Source of the DNA: Parcubacteria group bacterium LiPW_15
Lineage (GTDB): Bacteria; Patescibacteriota; Minisyncoccia; UBA6257; 2-01-FULL-56-20
DNA length: 64,000 bases
Assembly (NCBI GenBank): GCA_007375645.1
Contig: VMER01000001.1
Location: 5,139 to 69,138 of the forward strand
Reading direction: 5' to 3'
Part shown: positions 8,748 to 18,958 of the stretch, in pieces
How the letters are laid out: each line of letters starts with the position of its first letter
Position numbering within the stretch: position 1 is the stretch's first letter
Notes under the pieces: model-generated
Databases searched by the model: none
Seen by the model: the letters and a program-made list of their open reading frames with translations, nothing else
What the model was told of the DNA's origin: nothing
Translations under genes and position numbers: made by a program

Positions 8748-9970
8748 ATATCGGAACTGCCACGACGAAGGTCGCGGTCGCTGAACTTAGAAACGGTAAA
8801 ATAATTTTACGGGAATTATATAAAGAACCGACCGCCGGATTGCGGCACGGAGCGGTTTGCGATCTCGCAGAAGCGGTTCCAGCCGTGAGTCGGGCGCTCG
8901 AACGTTCTAAAAAGCTGGGGAGAGGCGTGCTGCGAAAAGTTTTTGCGAATGTCGGCACTCCGCAGATAAAAGTTCAGCACTCGAAAGGAATCGTGGCTGT
9001 TTCGCGGGCGGATAACGAAATATATCAGGACGACATAGATCGCGCGATCAAGGCGAGTGAGGCGGTGAATCTATCGCCGAATCGCATAATTATACACAAC
9101 ATTACGAGAGAATATATCGTGGACGGCGTGCCCGATATCGCCAATCCCTTAGGCCTTTCCGGTTCGCGCTTGGAAGTGGGGAGCGTCATCATTGATGCTT
9201 TCGCTCCGCACGTCAAAAGCGTAATGCGGGCCATAGAGCTTTCGGGCGGAGAGATCGGCGCTTTGATTTTTAATCCGCTCGCGGACGCGGCTTCATCTCT
9301 GAGTAAGAATCAAAAAGAATTGGGCGTGGCTATCGTGGATATCGGATTCGGAACAACGAGTCTCGCGGTTTATGAGGAAAATAAACTTACCGGAGTCCAG
9401 ATATTTCCGGTCGGTGCCGGCAATATTACGAATGATCTGGCCGTCGGTTTGCGGATTTCGGTGGCCGCCGCGGAAAATCTGAAACTTCAATATGGTTACG
9501 CCATTGCGAGCGAAGTCGGAAGCAAGGAGATCGTGGAACTCAAGAAATTCATACCTGAGGCCAAGAACACCGTGTCTCGCCGCTTCGTTTCGGAGATCAT
9601 AGAATCGCGCCTTGCGGAAATCCTGGAGTTCGTAAATAATGAGCTCAAACTAATGGGGAAAGCGGGACGTCTGGCCGGCGGAGTGGTCTTTGTCGGCGGA
9701 GGTTCAAAAATGCCCGGACTTACCGAATTAGCCAAGCAAGAGTTGAAATTGTCAAGCCAAATAGGATTCGCGAACGGGATCGGCAAGTGGGCGAAAGAGG
9801 GCGAAATGTCCATGGACGAATACTTGGAAGATCCGGAGTTCACCACGACGCTGGGACTCCTTCTTGAAGGCATACGGCAAGAGGGGTGGGAGCCGAGTGA
9901 AAAAGAATCGCTTTCGACAATTTTTTCTTCCAAAGGGTTAAAGGGTATCTTCCGCTCCTTCCTTCCCTGA
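8720..9970 (+). CDS. ftsA: Cell division protein FtsA
   Basis: VGLDIGTATTK, VDIGFGTT, ITNDLAVGL, AENLK, VFVGGGSKMPG; precedes ftsZ. Confidence 0.96.
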   Translation: MASRFIVGLDIGTATTKVAVAELRNGKIILRELYKEPTAGLRHGAVCDLAEAVPAVSRALERSKKLGRGVLRKVFANVGTPQIKVQHSKGIVAVSRADNEIYQDDIDRAIKASEAVNLSPNRIIIHNITREYIVDGVPDIANPLGLSGSRLEVGSVIIDAFAPHVKSVMRAIELSGGEIGALIFNPLADAASSLSKNQKELGVAIVDIGFGTTSLAVYEENKLTGVQIFPVGAGNITNDLAVGLRISVAAAENLKLQYGYAIASEVGSKEIVELKKFIPEAKNTVSRRFVSEIIESRLAEILEFVNNELKLMGKAGRLAGGVVFVGGGSKMPGLTELAKQELKLSSQIGFANGIGKWAKEGEMSMDEYLEDPEFTTTLGLLLEGIRQEGWEPSEKESLSTIFSSKGLKGIFRSFLP

Positions 9971-9989
9971 GGTCTCTTACAAATAAAAA

Positions 9990-11207
9990 ATGGCAAAAAA
10001 AAGAAAGATACAAAGAACGGCTCGTAAAGAGACCGTGTCCCGGGAGCCTATCGCCAATATTAAAGTTGTCGGTATTGGAGGTGGAGGCGGCAATGCCGCG
10101 TCCCGCATGAGCCGTAATTTTATTCGCGGCGTTGAGTTTATTGCCATTAATACCGATCATCAGGACCTGGATCACTCTGAGGTTAGAAAAAAAATATATA
10201 TCGGCAAAAATCTGACGAGAGGCTTGGGTTCCGGCATGAATCCGGATCTCGGACGCCAAGCGGCTGAGGAGAATCGTTCCGAGATCGCAGAAACTCTTAA
10301 AGGGGCGGATATTGTGTTTCTGACCGCCGGCTTCGGCGGGGGAACGGGCACCGGTGCTACTCCGATAGTGGCCGAAGTGGCCAAGCAGAACGGGGCGCTT
10401 ACTGTTGCGGTTGTGACTAAGCCGTTCGCGTTCGAGGGTTCTCAGCGCGCAAAGATCGCTTTGGAAGGATTGGCTAAGTTAAAAGATAAAGTGGACGCGC
10501 TTATTGTGGTTCCGAACGACAGGATATTTTCAATAATCAGCAAGGACACGCCGGTACTTAAAGCCTTTGAGGCGATTGATGAAGTTTTGAGAAACGCCCT
10601 CCATGGGATAGTTGAGCTCATCATTACTCCGGGAATAATCAATGTGGATTTCGCGGACGTCAAAGCCATTATGCAGGATGCCGGTTCCGCCATAGTCGGA
10701 GTTTCTTTGGCTTCCGGACAGGATCGCGCGGTCAAAGCCGTTAACGAGGCCTTACGTTCGCCGCTCTTAGAAGTCACGGCCGAGGGTGCGAAAGGAGTGA
10801 TCCTCGGCATTTCCGGAAGCCGAGATCTTAAAATGGCAGAAATAAATGAAGCCGCGAAATTGGTTGCCCAAGCTGCGGATCCGGCGGCCAGAATAATTTT
10901 CGGCGCATATCATGATCGGAGTCTCAAAGACAATCAGATCAAGATAACTCTGATCGCGGCCGGATTTAATGGAGCTTCCGCCGCCAATTCTCTTTTCGGG
11001 GCTGCGGCGCTCTCTGCCGACAAGCAATTTTTCTCCCCGAAATTCGAGAAATTCGAAAAACCTTCCGACTCCCCATTTGCTCCGAAAGAAAATCCACAGC
11101 CTGCGCTGAATTTGAATAAAAATCCGTTGCCGGAAACCAAGAAACCGGAAAAACAGGAAGACGATGTTTGGGATATCCCGACCTTTCTTCGTAAACGGAA
11201 AAAATAA
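9990..11207 (+). CDS. ftsZ: Cell division protein FtsZ
   Basis: VVGIGGGGGNA, GGGTGTG tubulin signature, INVDFADV, C-terminal DIPTFLRK. Confidence 0.98.
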   Translation: MAKKRKIQRTARKETVSREPIANIKVVGIGGGGGNAASRMSRNFIRGVEFIAINTDHQDLDHSEVRKKIYIGKNLTRGLGSGMNPDLGRQAAEENRSEIAETLKGADIVFLTAGFGGGTGTGATPIVAEVAKQNGALTVAVVTKPFAFEGSQRAKIALEGLAKLKDKVDALIVVPNDRIFSIISKDTPVLKAFEAIDEVLRNALHGIVELIITPGIINVDFADVKAIMQDAGSAIVGVSLASGQDRAVKAVNEALRSPLLEVTAEGAKGVILGISGSRDLKMAEINEAAKLVAQAADPAARIIFGAYHDRSLKDNQIKITLIAAGFNGASAANSLFGAAALSADKQFFSPKFEKFEKPSDSPFAPKENPQPALNLNKNPLPETKKPEKQEDDVWDIPTFLRKRKK

Positions 11208-11220
11208 AAAGAAATAAATA

Positions 11221-11248
11221 AGCCCTCCGGCATTCGCCGGGGGGCTTT
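11221..11248. terminator. Probable bidirectional intrinsic terminator between convergent ftsZ and orphan gene
   Basis: agccctccggc-attc-gccggggggct stem, A-rich on the left and ttt on the right. Confidence 0.7.
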
Positions 11249-11257
11249 CGGTTCGGT

Positions 11258-11932
11258 TCAACAGTCTCTGAGTTCTTTCGCCCGACGCTTGATCTCTTCA
11301 ATGATCCGGAGCGCCTCGTCTCTCGGGGTAAGTCTTGGCGGTACCACGATTCCCGGGAAACGCAGCGGAGGAATTCCGGGCCAATCCCTTCTTATCAGCG
11401 CGGCAAACCCGTTACGAAGAAAGACAATTCCGGTTGCGCCACAGGAGAAGAGTTGCCCGTTCCGGTCCGCCTGGTGGTAGCTGGAAATCAGGCGGGAGTT
11501 TCGGCTGAGTTCTTTGAGAAGAGGGCCAGGCCTCTTCCGAGCCGACCTAGGCCTATCGATTCCCCAGTTCGGTGCGCAAGACTTCAGTTCATGGAATTTC
11601 TCTGCGTGTTTGCGAACAACTTCTTCGAACTCGTTCGCAAGCATTTCCACATTGGTTCTTCCGGTTACCGCAGTTGCGTAGATGTAGGGACATTTTCGAA
11701 AGTGCGTAGGCAGAGCATTGGGATGGGTCTTGATCTGAATCGGGAAGAATAGTCCATTCCGGAGAAACAGCGCGAGATCTATCCTGATCAAATCCAGCTC
11801 GCTACCTCTCTTCGGATGGAAAACATCCGCGATCATCGGCCATCTAGCCATGAGCATTTTCACGGCCATCATTCCCTTGTTTTCAGTGACCTCGCAGATG
11901 AATTCACACCAGGGAAGCCTCTTGTCGTTCAC
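11258..11932 (-). CDS. Hypothetical protein, possible PD-(D/E)xK-like nuclease fold
   Basis: 224-aa ORF with strong SD (GAAAGGAGG) before GTG and its own promoter; ELD..RID...PIQIKT pattern. Confidence 0.65.
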   Translation of the reverse strand: MNDKRLPWCEFICEVTENKGMMAVKMLMARWPMIADVFHPKRGSELDLIRIDLALFLRNGLFFPIQIKTHPNALPTHFRKCPYIYATAVTGRTNVEMLANEFEEVVRKHAEKFHELKSCAPNWGIDRPRSARKRPGPLLKELSRNSRLISSYHQADRNGQLFSCGATGIVFLRNGFAALIRRDWPGIPPLRFPGIVVPPRLTPRDEALRIIEEIKRRAKELRDC

Positions 11933-12016
11933 GTGGGCCTCCTTTCGACGATTTACAAGCGTATCTACCGGGATTCTATATCCCGGACTGTTGCTTTTGC
12001 AAGTCGGATTGATTAA

Positions 12017-13078
12017 CTAATCTTCCACTTCTTCCGTTATCGGCTTTTCGAGAGCCATGGGTTCTATGCCCATTTTTTCGCCGCTTATTTTATAAACATC
12101 TTTGTCTATCTTTCCGAGCTCCTTGTGCGCGCGGTTAAAAGCATTAACCGTGGTTCCCAAGTTATCACCGAGTTTGTTCATATAGGTGTCGTAAGCGCTC
12201 AAGTGTTTCCCGAGTTGATAAACTTGGGATTGTATTTCCTTCGCCGACTCCTCGATCTTTAGGGCGCGCAAACCCTGCATCACGGTTTGAAGATAGGCGA
12301 AGAAAGTGGTGGGGGAGACAACCATAACTTTTTTCTTGTTTGCATATTCTATTAAATTTTCGGTGTTGCTCTTAATGACTCCTACTTTGTTTATCAAAAG
12401 ATCGTAGTAAACACCTTCCGAAGGGATGAACATGAAGGCAAAGTCCAGTGTTCCTTCCTGCGGTCTTATGTATTTGGAGGTTTCGTCTATCCGGATCTTT
12501 AAGTCATTGGCAAAAGCTACCTCATAGCGGTCTCGGTCTTCTTTTGTTTGAGCCTCAAGTATGCGATTGTAATTTTCCAAACTGAATTTGGAGTCTATCG
12601 GGATTATTCCTTCTTTCCCGCCTGCTTTGGTAAAGATGACCGCGTCCACAATTTCCCCATTGCTGAATGGATATTGGAGTTTAAACACTTCCGGTGGCAA
12701 GACATTTTTTAAAACTGTTTCCAAATAATATTCGCCCAAAACTCCGCGCTGTTTAGGATTCTTTAAAATGTCTTGAAGGCTTCGCAATTGTTCGCCGACC
12801 CCGGATATCTGCTTTTGGGACTCTCCGACTTTGGTGAGCTCCTTGGTTATCTCCTGGATTATCCTGCGGCTCTCCGAGAGGTCGCTATGCATGACTCTGG
12901 TAGACTCCCCAAGTTTTGTGTCCAAGGCTTTGGTAAGCTCGTTTATTTGGTTTTGGAGAAGCAGCATAGACTGGTTGTCCTGCGCCTCCGGTTTTTTACC
13001 AGTCAGTTTAAAAATAGCAAAAGCCGCGACCGCAAGGGCCACGATAGTTATGGCAAGGAGGGGAATGACTATTTCCAT
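12017..13078 (-). CDS. rmuC: DNA recombination protein RmuC
   Basis: N-terminal TM and coiled coil; NPKQRGVLGE, IPIDSKF, KYIRP, DFAFMFIPSEG, VSPTT. Confidence 0.93.
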   Translation of the reverse strand: MEIVIPLLAITIVALAVAAFAIFKLTGKKPEAQDNQSMLLLQNQINELTKALDTKLGESTRVMHSDLSESRRIIQEITKELTKVGESQKQISGVGEQLRSLQDILKNPKQRGVLGEYYLETVLKNVLPPEVFKLQYPFSNGEIVDAVIFTKAGGKEGIIPIDSKFSLENYNRILEAQTKEDRDRYEVAFANDLKIRIDETSKYIRPQEGTLDFAFMFIPSEGVYYDLLINKVGVIKSNTENLIEYANKKKVMVVSPTTFFAYLQTVMQGLRALKIEESAKEIQSQVYQLGKHLSAYDTYMNKLGDNLGTTVNAFNRAHKELGKIDKDVYKISGEKMGIEPMALEKPITEEVED

Positions 13079-13159
13079 GTAACTATTATACAGCGGGTTT
13101 TGATTTTAGTCCCCGTGGTCGGGTAAGATAGATATACCCTAATACTAAAAGGTGGCGGG

Positions 13160-13189
13160 CCTGCCCGCCGAAGCTTCAGCGTAGGCGGG
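13160..13189. repeat. Short palindromic element (family A) abutting and overlapping the tRNA-Gly 5' end
   Basis: cctg-cccgcc-gaagcttcagcgta-ggcggg; same architecture as 36617-36642 and 47956-47981. Confidence 0.75.
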
Positions 13190-13255
13190 TATGGTTCAGT
13201 GGTAGAACGAGACCTTCCCAAGGTTTAAACACGGGTTCGATTCCCGTTACCCGCT
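13185..13255 (+). tRNA. tRNA-Gly (CCC)
   Basis: Acceptor gcgggta/tacccgc, anticodon arm agacc-ttCCCaa-ggttt, T arm acggg-ttcgatt-cccgt; CCA not encoded. Confidence 0.95.
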
Positions 13256-13261
13256 CAAAAT

Positions 13262-14032
13262 TTATTTATTTTTTACGAGTAAGCTTATTGCAAAAACCGC
13301 CGTGGCAACACAGACGATTACCGGACCAAGTTCCAGTTGATAGCGGAAAGCGATAAGCCAGCCGGCTACAACCGAGAAAACTCCGAAAAGCGCGGATAGC
13401 GAAAGGAAGGAGCCGAGGGTCGTGCTAATCTGCCTCGAGGCGGCGGCGGGGGCGATGATAAGAGCGCCTACCAGCACGGTGCCCAAAAATTGCAGTCCCA
13501 GGAAAAGCATAAGGGCGAAGAGCAAAAAATACATAAGGTTGGTTATGCTGACATTGACGCCCGTGGAGGCCGCAAGTTCCGGAGAAAAAATACTGAGGAT
13601 TAATCTGTTCCTGAAAATAAATAACACAACTCCCGCAAAAACAATAAGTCCCAAGATGGCGAGGAAAGAGTTGAGATCGGTGGAGGGGAAAGTTCCAAAA
13701 AGCGTGTCCAAGATATCTTCGCGTGGAGTAAGGAGGACGCCGAGCGCAATCGCGCCCGTAAAGGCGACTCCGATAGCTGTGTCTGTGGCGAGCGAACTTC
13801 TTTTTTCAAGCTGCCAGATAAAAAGCGTGCCGAGGATCAATGTCGCCGCGGCGCCATAAAGCGGATTTATTTTTAAGAGAAGCGCGATGCCGATGCCGGG
13901 GAGGGCGATGTGGGACATAACGTCTCCAGCCAAACTCATTTTTTTCATTATCGCGAAACCGCCGACCACTCCGGCCAGCGCCGCTACGCCCGCGGCGAGT
14001 ATGAGCGAGTAAATATCAAAATTAAGTTCCAT
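13262..14032 (-). CDS. Zn/Mn ABC transporter permease (ZnuB-like)
   Basis: SLAGDVMSHIALPG, VGALIIAPAAASR, multiple TM helices. Confidence 0.92.
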   Translation of the reverse strand: MELNFDIYSLILAAGVAALAGVVGGFAIMKKMSLAGDVMSHIALPGIGIALLLKINPLYGAAATLILGTLFIWQLEKRSSLATDTAIGVAFTGAIALGVLLTPREDILDTLFGTFPSTDLNSFLAILGLIVFAGVVLFIFRNRLILSIFSPELAASTGVNVSITNLMYFLLFALMLFLGLQFLGTVLVGALIIAPAAASRQISTTLGSFLSLSALFGVFSVVAGWLIAFRYQLELGPVIVCVATAVFAISLLVKNK

Positions 14033-14747
14033 GTTCGTGTTGATGGGCTTCTTCGTGCAGGTGGTGATAAAGTCCGTGCGGAGTTCCGTATAATTCTCCC
14101 AACATTTTGGGGGTCAAGACTTCGCGCGGTTCGCCGAAGCAAAGCCCTTGTTTATTTAGGCAGAGCACCTGGGTTGCATACTTATAAACAAAAGTGAGGT
14201 CGTGAGAAACGATTATGGGCGTTACGTCCATATCGTCTTGGAGTCGGTGAATGAGTTCGTAAGTCTGTTCTTCGCCGGGCATATCCATGCTCGCGGTCGG
14301 TTCATCGAAAAGTATTACATTCGGATGTCCCAAAAGAGCGAAGGCCACAAGGGCTCTCTGCATCTGTCCGCTCGAAAGGTGGCCGATGGCGGTGTGGATG
14401 ATGCGCTCCTCAAGATGAACTCGGTCGATTACATCAATTACGTCTTTTTCGCTGAGTCCTAAAATTGAAGCCTTGGCGGCCAATAGATTTTTCACATTCA
14501 TCGGCACTTTTCTATCCAGGTCCACTTTTTGCGGAACATAGGCGATCTTAGCGGATTTTGCCCAGGTTATTTTCCCGGAGTAGGGGACCAAATTCAAAAG
14601 GGTTCGAAGAAGCACGGTCTTGCCAGAACCGTTCGGGCCGATAACCGCCAAAGATTCACCTTTTTTGAGCTCAAAACTTACGGAATCCAAAACCGGTTCA
14701 TCGCCGAATTCAACGGTCAGATCTTTGACCTTCAAAATATTCGTCAT
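14022..14747 (-). CDS. Zn/Mn ABC transporter ATPase (ZnuC-like)
   Basis: GPNGSGKT, YVPQ, LSSGQMQR, DEPT, VSHD, His-rich tail. Confidence 0.93.
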   Translation of the reverse strand: MTNILKVKDLTVEFGDEPVLDSVSFELKKGESLAVIGPNGSGKTVLLRTLLNLVPYSGKITWAKSAKIAYVPQKVDLDRKVPMNVKNLLAAKASILGLSEKDVIDVIDRVHLEERIIHTAIGHLSSGQMQRALVAFALLGHPNVILFDEPTASMDMPGEEQTYELIHRLQDDMDVTPIIVSHDLTFVYKYATQVLCLNKQGLCFGEPREVLTPKMLGELYGTPHGLYHHLHEEAHQHEHGT

Positions 14748-14802
14748 CTCTACTAATAATAGCAGATTTGTCCACAAGATTATTTAGAGTAGAATGGAGC
14801 CA

Positions 14803-15573
14803 ATGGAAGGGTCTGAAAAAACTCAGGAAATAGTCCGCGCTTGCGGTCCGTTGCCGGGGCGGTTCGCGGTTTTTGATTTTGATAACAGTTGCATTGTAAA
14901 CGATATCCAAGAGGCGACTTTGGCCTATTTGTGCAAAAACTCACTTTTGAAAAACGAGCATCTGGTCCAAGTGCCATTCAATGATAAGGAGGGGTATAGC
15001 CGCGAAGTATTTTTGAGTTATGACAAACTCTTGGAGGAGGGAAAGATGAAAGAAGCCTATGTTTATGCCGTGCGGACAATGGCGGGTTTTGCTAAAGAGG
15101 AAATAAGCAAACTCGTTTCGGATGTAATTTTATCGGAAGGGGAAAACCTGGAGACTCAAAATATATTCGGAATTGATGCCGCCAAAGGACTTTCCGTAAG
15201 ACCGCAGGTTAAGATGCTCATGGAGGCGCTTATCTCGGCCGGTTGCTCTGTTTATGTAGTGACCGCTTCTTCCGAAGAGGTAGTGCGTTCCGCCTTAAAA
15301 ATCTGGGGTTTTCCGGATGTAGTCTGTCTTGGCGTTAGGAACGCAGAAGATAACGGGGTGTTCGCTGACGCAATAGAAGAGCCCACTCCAATAATTGAGG
15401 GGAAGGTGGACTGCATCAAAAAATTTATTTCCGCGGATAAGAAGCCCGTACTCGGGGTTGGCGACAGCATGAATGATCTCCCGATGTTGGAATATTCGGA
15501 AATCAAAGTCGTAGTGGGCCGGGAAAATGCTTTGGCAAAAAAAGCCAAAGAGAACGGCTGGTATTTAATTTAA
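14803..15573 (+). CDS. HAD-family (phosphoserine phosphatase-like) hydrolase
   Basis: AVFDFDNS motif I, VVTAS motif II, GK, GDSMNDLPML motif IV; start 14794 or 14803. Confidence 0.88.
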   Translation: MEGSEKTQEIVRACGPLPGRFAVFDFDNSCIVNDIQEATLAYLCKNSLLKNEHLVQVPFNDKEGYSREVFLSYDKLLEEGKMKEAYVYAVRTMAGFAKEEISKLVSDVILSEGENLETQNIFGIDAAKGLSVRPQVKMLMEALISAGCSVYVVTASSEEVVRSALKIWGFPDVVCLGVRNAEDNGVFADAIEEPTPIIEGKVDCIKKFISADKKPVLGVGDSMNDLPMLEYSEIKVVVGRENALAKKAKENGWYLI

Positions 15574-15575
15574 AA

Positions 15576-17270
15576 ATGACCGACGGACCAGCGCAAACAA
15601 TTAAAGAGAAGCTGGATATCGTGGAGTTTTTGCGCGGCTATTTGCCGATGATTCCGGCTGGGAAAAACTTGAAGGCCCGGTGTCCTTTTCACAACGAGAA
15701 GACGCCGTCTTTTATGATCTCGCCCGAAAGGCAAACCTGGCATTGTTTCGGCTGCGGGTTGGGAGGGGATATTTTCGCGTTCCTAATGAAATACGAGAAT
15801 ATGGAATTCGGCGAAGCGCTCAAAGTCCTCGCGGAAAAAGCGGGCGTGGAATTAAAGAGGGCCGACCCGCGCGAATATAAAGTTTTCGGGCTTCTCTATG
15901 AGCTTCAGGATGCGGCCAAAGATTTTTGGAAAGAACAATTAAAGACCGCGAAGATAGCCAAGGATTATTTAAACGAGCGAGGACTTACGCCGGAAACGAT
16001 CGAAGAATTCGAGATAGGCTTCGCGCCGAACGACCAGGATTCGCTGGCAATGTATCTCATAAACAAAGGATATGATCCCGCGGACATTACCCGCGCGGGG
16101 CTTATCGGCAGAACCGAGAGGGGTTTGCAATACGATAGATTCCGGGGACGGATAATGTTTCCGATACACAATCACTTAGGCAAAGTCGTGGGGTTTACCG
16201 GGAGAATTTTGCCGCAACTCGATACCGGGGAGCTTGGCAAATATGTGAACAGTCCGGAGACTCCGATTTTCAATAAATCCAAACTGCTTTACGGATTTTG
16301 GAAATCCAAATCCGCCGTACGGGAAAGCGGCAAAGCGTATTTGGTTGAGGGACAAATGGATTTCTTAATGAGCTATCAGGCGGGAGTAAAAAACGCGGTG
16401 GCAACCTCCGGTACGGCGCTGACTCCCGATCACATTTTGGCGCTTAGGAAAATCGCGGAAGAATTATTGGTGAGTTTTGATAATGACGATGCGGGCTTTG
16501 CTGCCGGAGAGCGGGCGATAGATCTGGCGGAGGCCGGAGGTATGCAGGTGCGAATCGTTAGCCTTGAGGGTGTGAAGGATCCGGCCGAAGCGGCGCAAAA
16601 AGACCCGAAGATCTTGGGTGAGGCTATCGCCAAAGCCGAGCCGGCCTTTAAAGTGTTTTTTAGGCGATATTTGCCCTGGGGCAAGGTAGATCCCCTAAAT
16701 CACGCGGAACTCAAGAATTTGCGAATTCTTTTAAATAAAATAAAAAGTATTTCAAGTCCGGTAGAACGGGACTATTGGCTGAAGGATCTGGCGACCTACG
16801 CCAAGATGTCCGAATCCACACTTAAAGAAGAAATGGAAAAAGTTCAGGTGGTTCAGGCGCCGGAAAGATTCCGGGAAGAAGAGAAAATAATTCCAGAGAG
16901 AAAATATTCGCGCGGAGAAAGAATATCCAAGGACCTTTTGGGTGCGGCTTACAGCCGAGGGGATTATTCCATACTTAACGATGTGGAAGACCTTTTGGAT
17001 CCGTCCTCAAAAAAATTACTTAAAACTTTGAAGTCCGGTGCGAAGAAGGCAGCCGATCCGGAAGAAGATGCGTTCTTGAATCTGGTAATTTTGGAGGCCG
17101 CCGACGTGTCCGATGGAGAAATTGCGGATATGAAGAGCGCGCTTAAAGACGGTAGTTCGAAAACGAAACGTTTGGAACTCACGGAGCGCGTCAAAGAGGC
17201 GGAGGCGAAGGGAGATGAGGAGGCTCTAAAAAAAGCGATAGAAGAGTTAAGGTCGCTTCCTCCGGGTTAA
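15576..17270 (+). CDS. dnaG: DNA primase
   Basis: CPFHNEKTPSF...CFGC zinc finger, DRFRGRIMFPI, KYVNSPET, VEGQMD, FDNDDAG Toprim. Confidence 0.97.
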   Translation: MTDGPAQTIKEKLDIVEFLRGYLPMIPAGKNLKARCPFHNEKTPSFMISPERQTWHCFGCGLGGDIFAFLMKYENMEFGEALKVLAEKAGVELKRADPREYKVFGLLYELQDAAKDFWKEQLKTAKIAKDYLNERGLTPETIEEFEIGFAPNDQDSLAMYLINKGYDPADITRAGLIGRTERGLQYDRFRGRIMFPIHNHLGKVVGFTGRILPQLDTGELGKYVNSPETPIFNKSKLLYGFWKSKSAVRESGKAYLVEGQMDFLMSYQAGVKNAVATSGTALTPDHILALRKIAEELLVSFDNDDAGFAAGERAIDLAEAGGMQVRIVSLEGVKDPAEAAQKDPKILGEAIAKAEPAFKVFFRRYLPWGKVDPLNHAELKNLRILLNKIKSISSPVERDYWLKDLATYAKMSESTLKEEMEKVQVVQAPERFREEEKIIPERKYSRGERISKDLLGAAYSRGDYSILNDVEDLLDPSSKKLLKTLKSGAKKAADPEEDAFLNLVILEAADVSDGEIADMKSALKDGSSKTKRLELTERVKEAEAKGDEEALKKAIEELRSLPPG

Positions 17271-17312
17271 AATATTGCCAAATACGCGATTTAATATAGA
17301 ATGAGACCCATA

Positions 17313-18560
17313 ATGGCCAAAAAACAAAAGAAGCATAAACAGATAAAAAAGGTTAGGAAGGCTTCGAAGAAGCCGGCAAAGAAGGCCAAAAAGCCGGCCA
17401 AAAAAGTCATCAAGAAGGGCAAGACCGTTAAGCATGTCTCAAAGCCGGCCAAGAAAGAACCTCTCACTCCGAAGAAGAAAAAAGAACTGGCGATAAACGA
17501 AGCGTCCTTGGAAGAGCTCATTACCCGGGGGAAACCTCGTGGATTTGTGACCGACAACGAACTTTTATACTACTTTCCGAGCATCGAAAAGAACGTGGAT
17601 TTTTTGGACGAGGTTTATGAAAAGCTCGAGAAGGCCAACATAAAAGTCATTGAGACGAGCGGTCTTATCGATCTTTCCATGGAAGCTCCGGCCAAAGAAG
17701 AAGATATCGGTTTGGAATCCGATCTGCCGGACGCGGTTCAGTTGTATCTTAAGGAAATCGGTAAAACCCCGCTTCTTACCAAAGACGAAGAAAGGGAATA
17801 CGCCAAGCGTTCGGAAAAGGGGGACGAAGAGGCCAGGCAGAAACTTATAAAGGCGAACCTGCGTCTCGTGGTCTCTATCGCCAAAAGATACGTGAATCGT
17901 TCTCCGAATCTTTCAATTTTAGATCTTATTCAGGAAGGGAACATCGGTCTTTCGAAAGCCGTTGAAAAATTCGATTACCGCAAAGGTTTCAAGTTTTCCA
18001 CTTATGCTACCTGGTGGATCCGCCAGGCCGTGACACGCGCACTCGCCGATCAATCCCGAACCATCCGTATTCCGGTGCACATGGTGGAGACCATCTCCAA
18101 ATATGCTCAGACCCGCCGTCAGCTTATCCAGGAACTTGGCCGCGATCCGCTCGCCGAAGAAATCGCCGCGGAAATGGGCGTGGATGTGGAAAAAGTTGAA
18201 CACATTCAAAAAATTTCCCAGGAGGTTCTTTCCATTGAACAGCCGGTTGGCGACGAAGAAGATTCCGTTCTCGCGGACTTTATTAAGGACGAACACAATG
18301 TGACTCCGGACCAGGCCGTGTCGCGCGCGCTTTTGAAAGACCTCATCAAAGAGATTCTCGTGGACCTTTCCGACAGAGAACAGAAAATACTAAATATGCG
18401 TTTCGGATTGGAAGACGGCATGCAGCACACGCTTGAAGAAGTGGGAAAAGTTTTTGGCGTGACCCGCGAACGTATTCGCCAGATCGAAGCTAAGGCGCTC
18501 GAGAAAATAAGAGAACACAGCAAGGCCAAAGCGCTTGAAGGATTTGAAGAGGGGATATAA
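17313..18560 (+). CDS. rpoD: Primary sigma factor sigma-70
   Basis: [48 protein letters not shown]...TRERIRQIE; follows dnaG. Confidence 0.96.
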   Translation: MAKKQKKHKQIKKVRKASKKPAKKAKKPAKKVIKKGKTVKHVSKPAKKEPLTPKKKKELAINEASLEELITRGKPRGFVTDNELLYYFPSIEKNVDFLDEVYEKLEKANIKVIETSGLIDLSMEAPAKEEDIGLESDLPDAVQLYLKEIGKTPLLTKDEEREYAKRSEKGDEEARQKLIKANLRLVVSIAKRYVNRSPNLSILDLIQEGNIGLSKAVEKFDYRKGFKFSTYATWWIRQAVTRALADQSRTIRIPVHMVETISKYAQTRRQLIQELGRDPLAEEIAAEMGVDVEKVEHIQKISQEVLSIEQPVGDEEDSVLADFIKDEHNVTPDQAVSRALLKDLIKEILVDLSDREQKILNMRFGLEDGMQHTLEEVGKVFGVTRERIRQIEAKALEKIREHSKAKALEGFEEGI

Positions 18561-18564
18561 ACCA

Positions 18565-18906
18565 ATGGAATTTTCCGAAAGCGAGAAAGAAAATCAGGAA
18601 GAGCTTCCGGCGACTTTGGATGTAGTGAAAATTGACGGTCGTTGGGCCCAGGTTGTCGGTTCTCGTGACGGCGACAAAAGATTTGTGATTAAGTTTTTAG
18701 ATAATGAGAAGATCGATGATGTGGATCTGGCGGAATACGATCTGACGCGGAGATTCGATATGGTGGTGTCCCGTCTGAAGGAATTTTGTGGCGAAGAGCT
18801 GCCCAAAGAACAAGCAAAAAAAGTTCACTGGGGACCGGAGCAGGTAGAAAACCCGGAACTTAGGGGTTTAGTGACCGTTTTCGGTGAGTATAAAAAACCA
18901 TCCTGA
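18565..18906 (+). CDS. Hypothetical protein
   Basis: 113-aa acidic ORF starting 4 nt after the rpoD stop. Confidence 0.65.
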   Translation: MEFSESEKENQEELPATLDVVKIDGRWAQVVGSRDGDKRFVIKFLDNEKIDDVDLAEYDLTRRFDMVVSRLKEFCGEELPKEQAKKVHWGPEQVENPELRGLVTVFGEYKKPS

Positions 18907-18958
18907 CTCAACGTGGTTTCGGTTGAGATTTACCGCGTGTAAATATAGAATGCTTATT

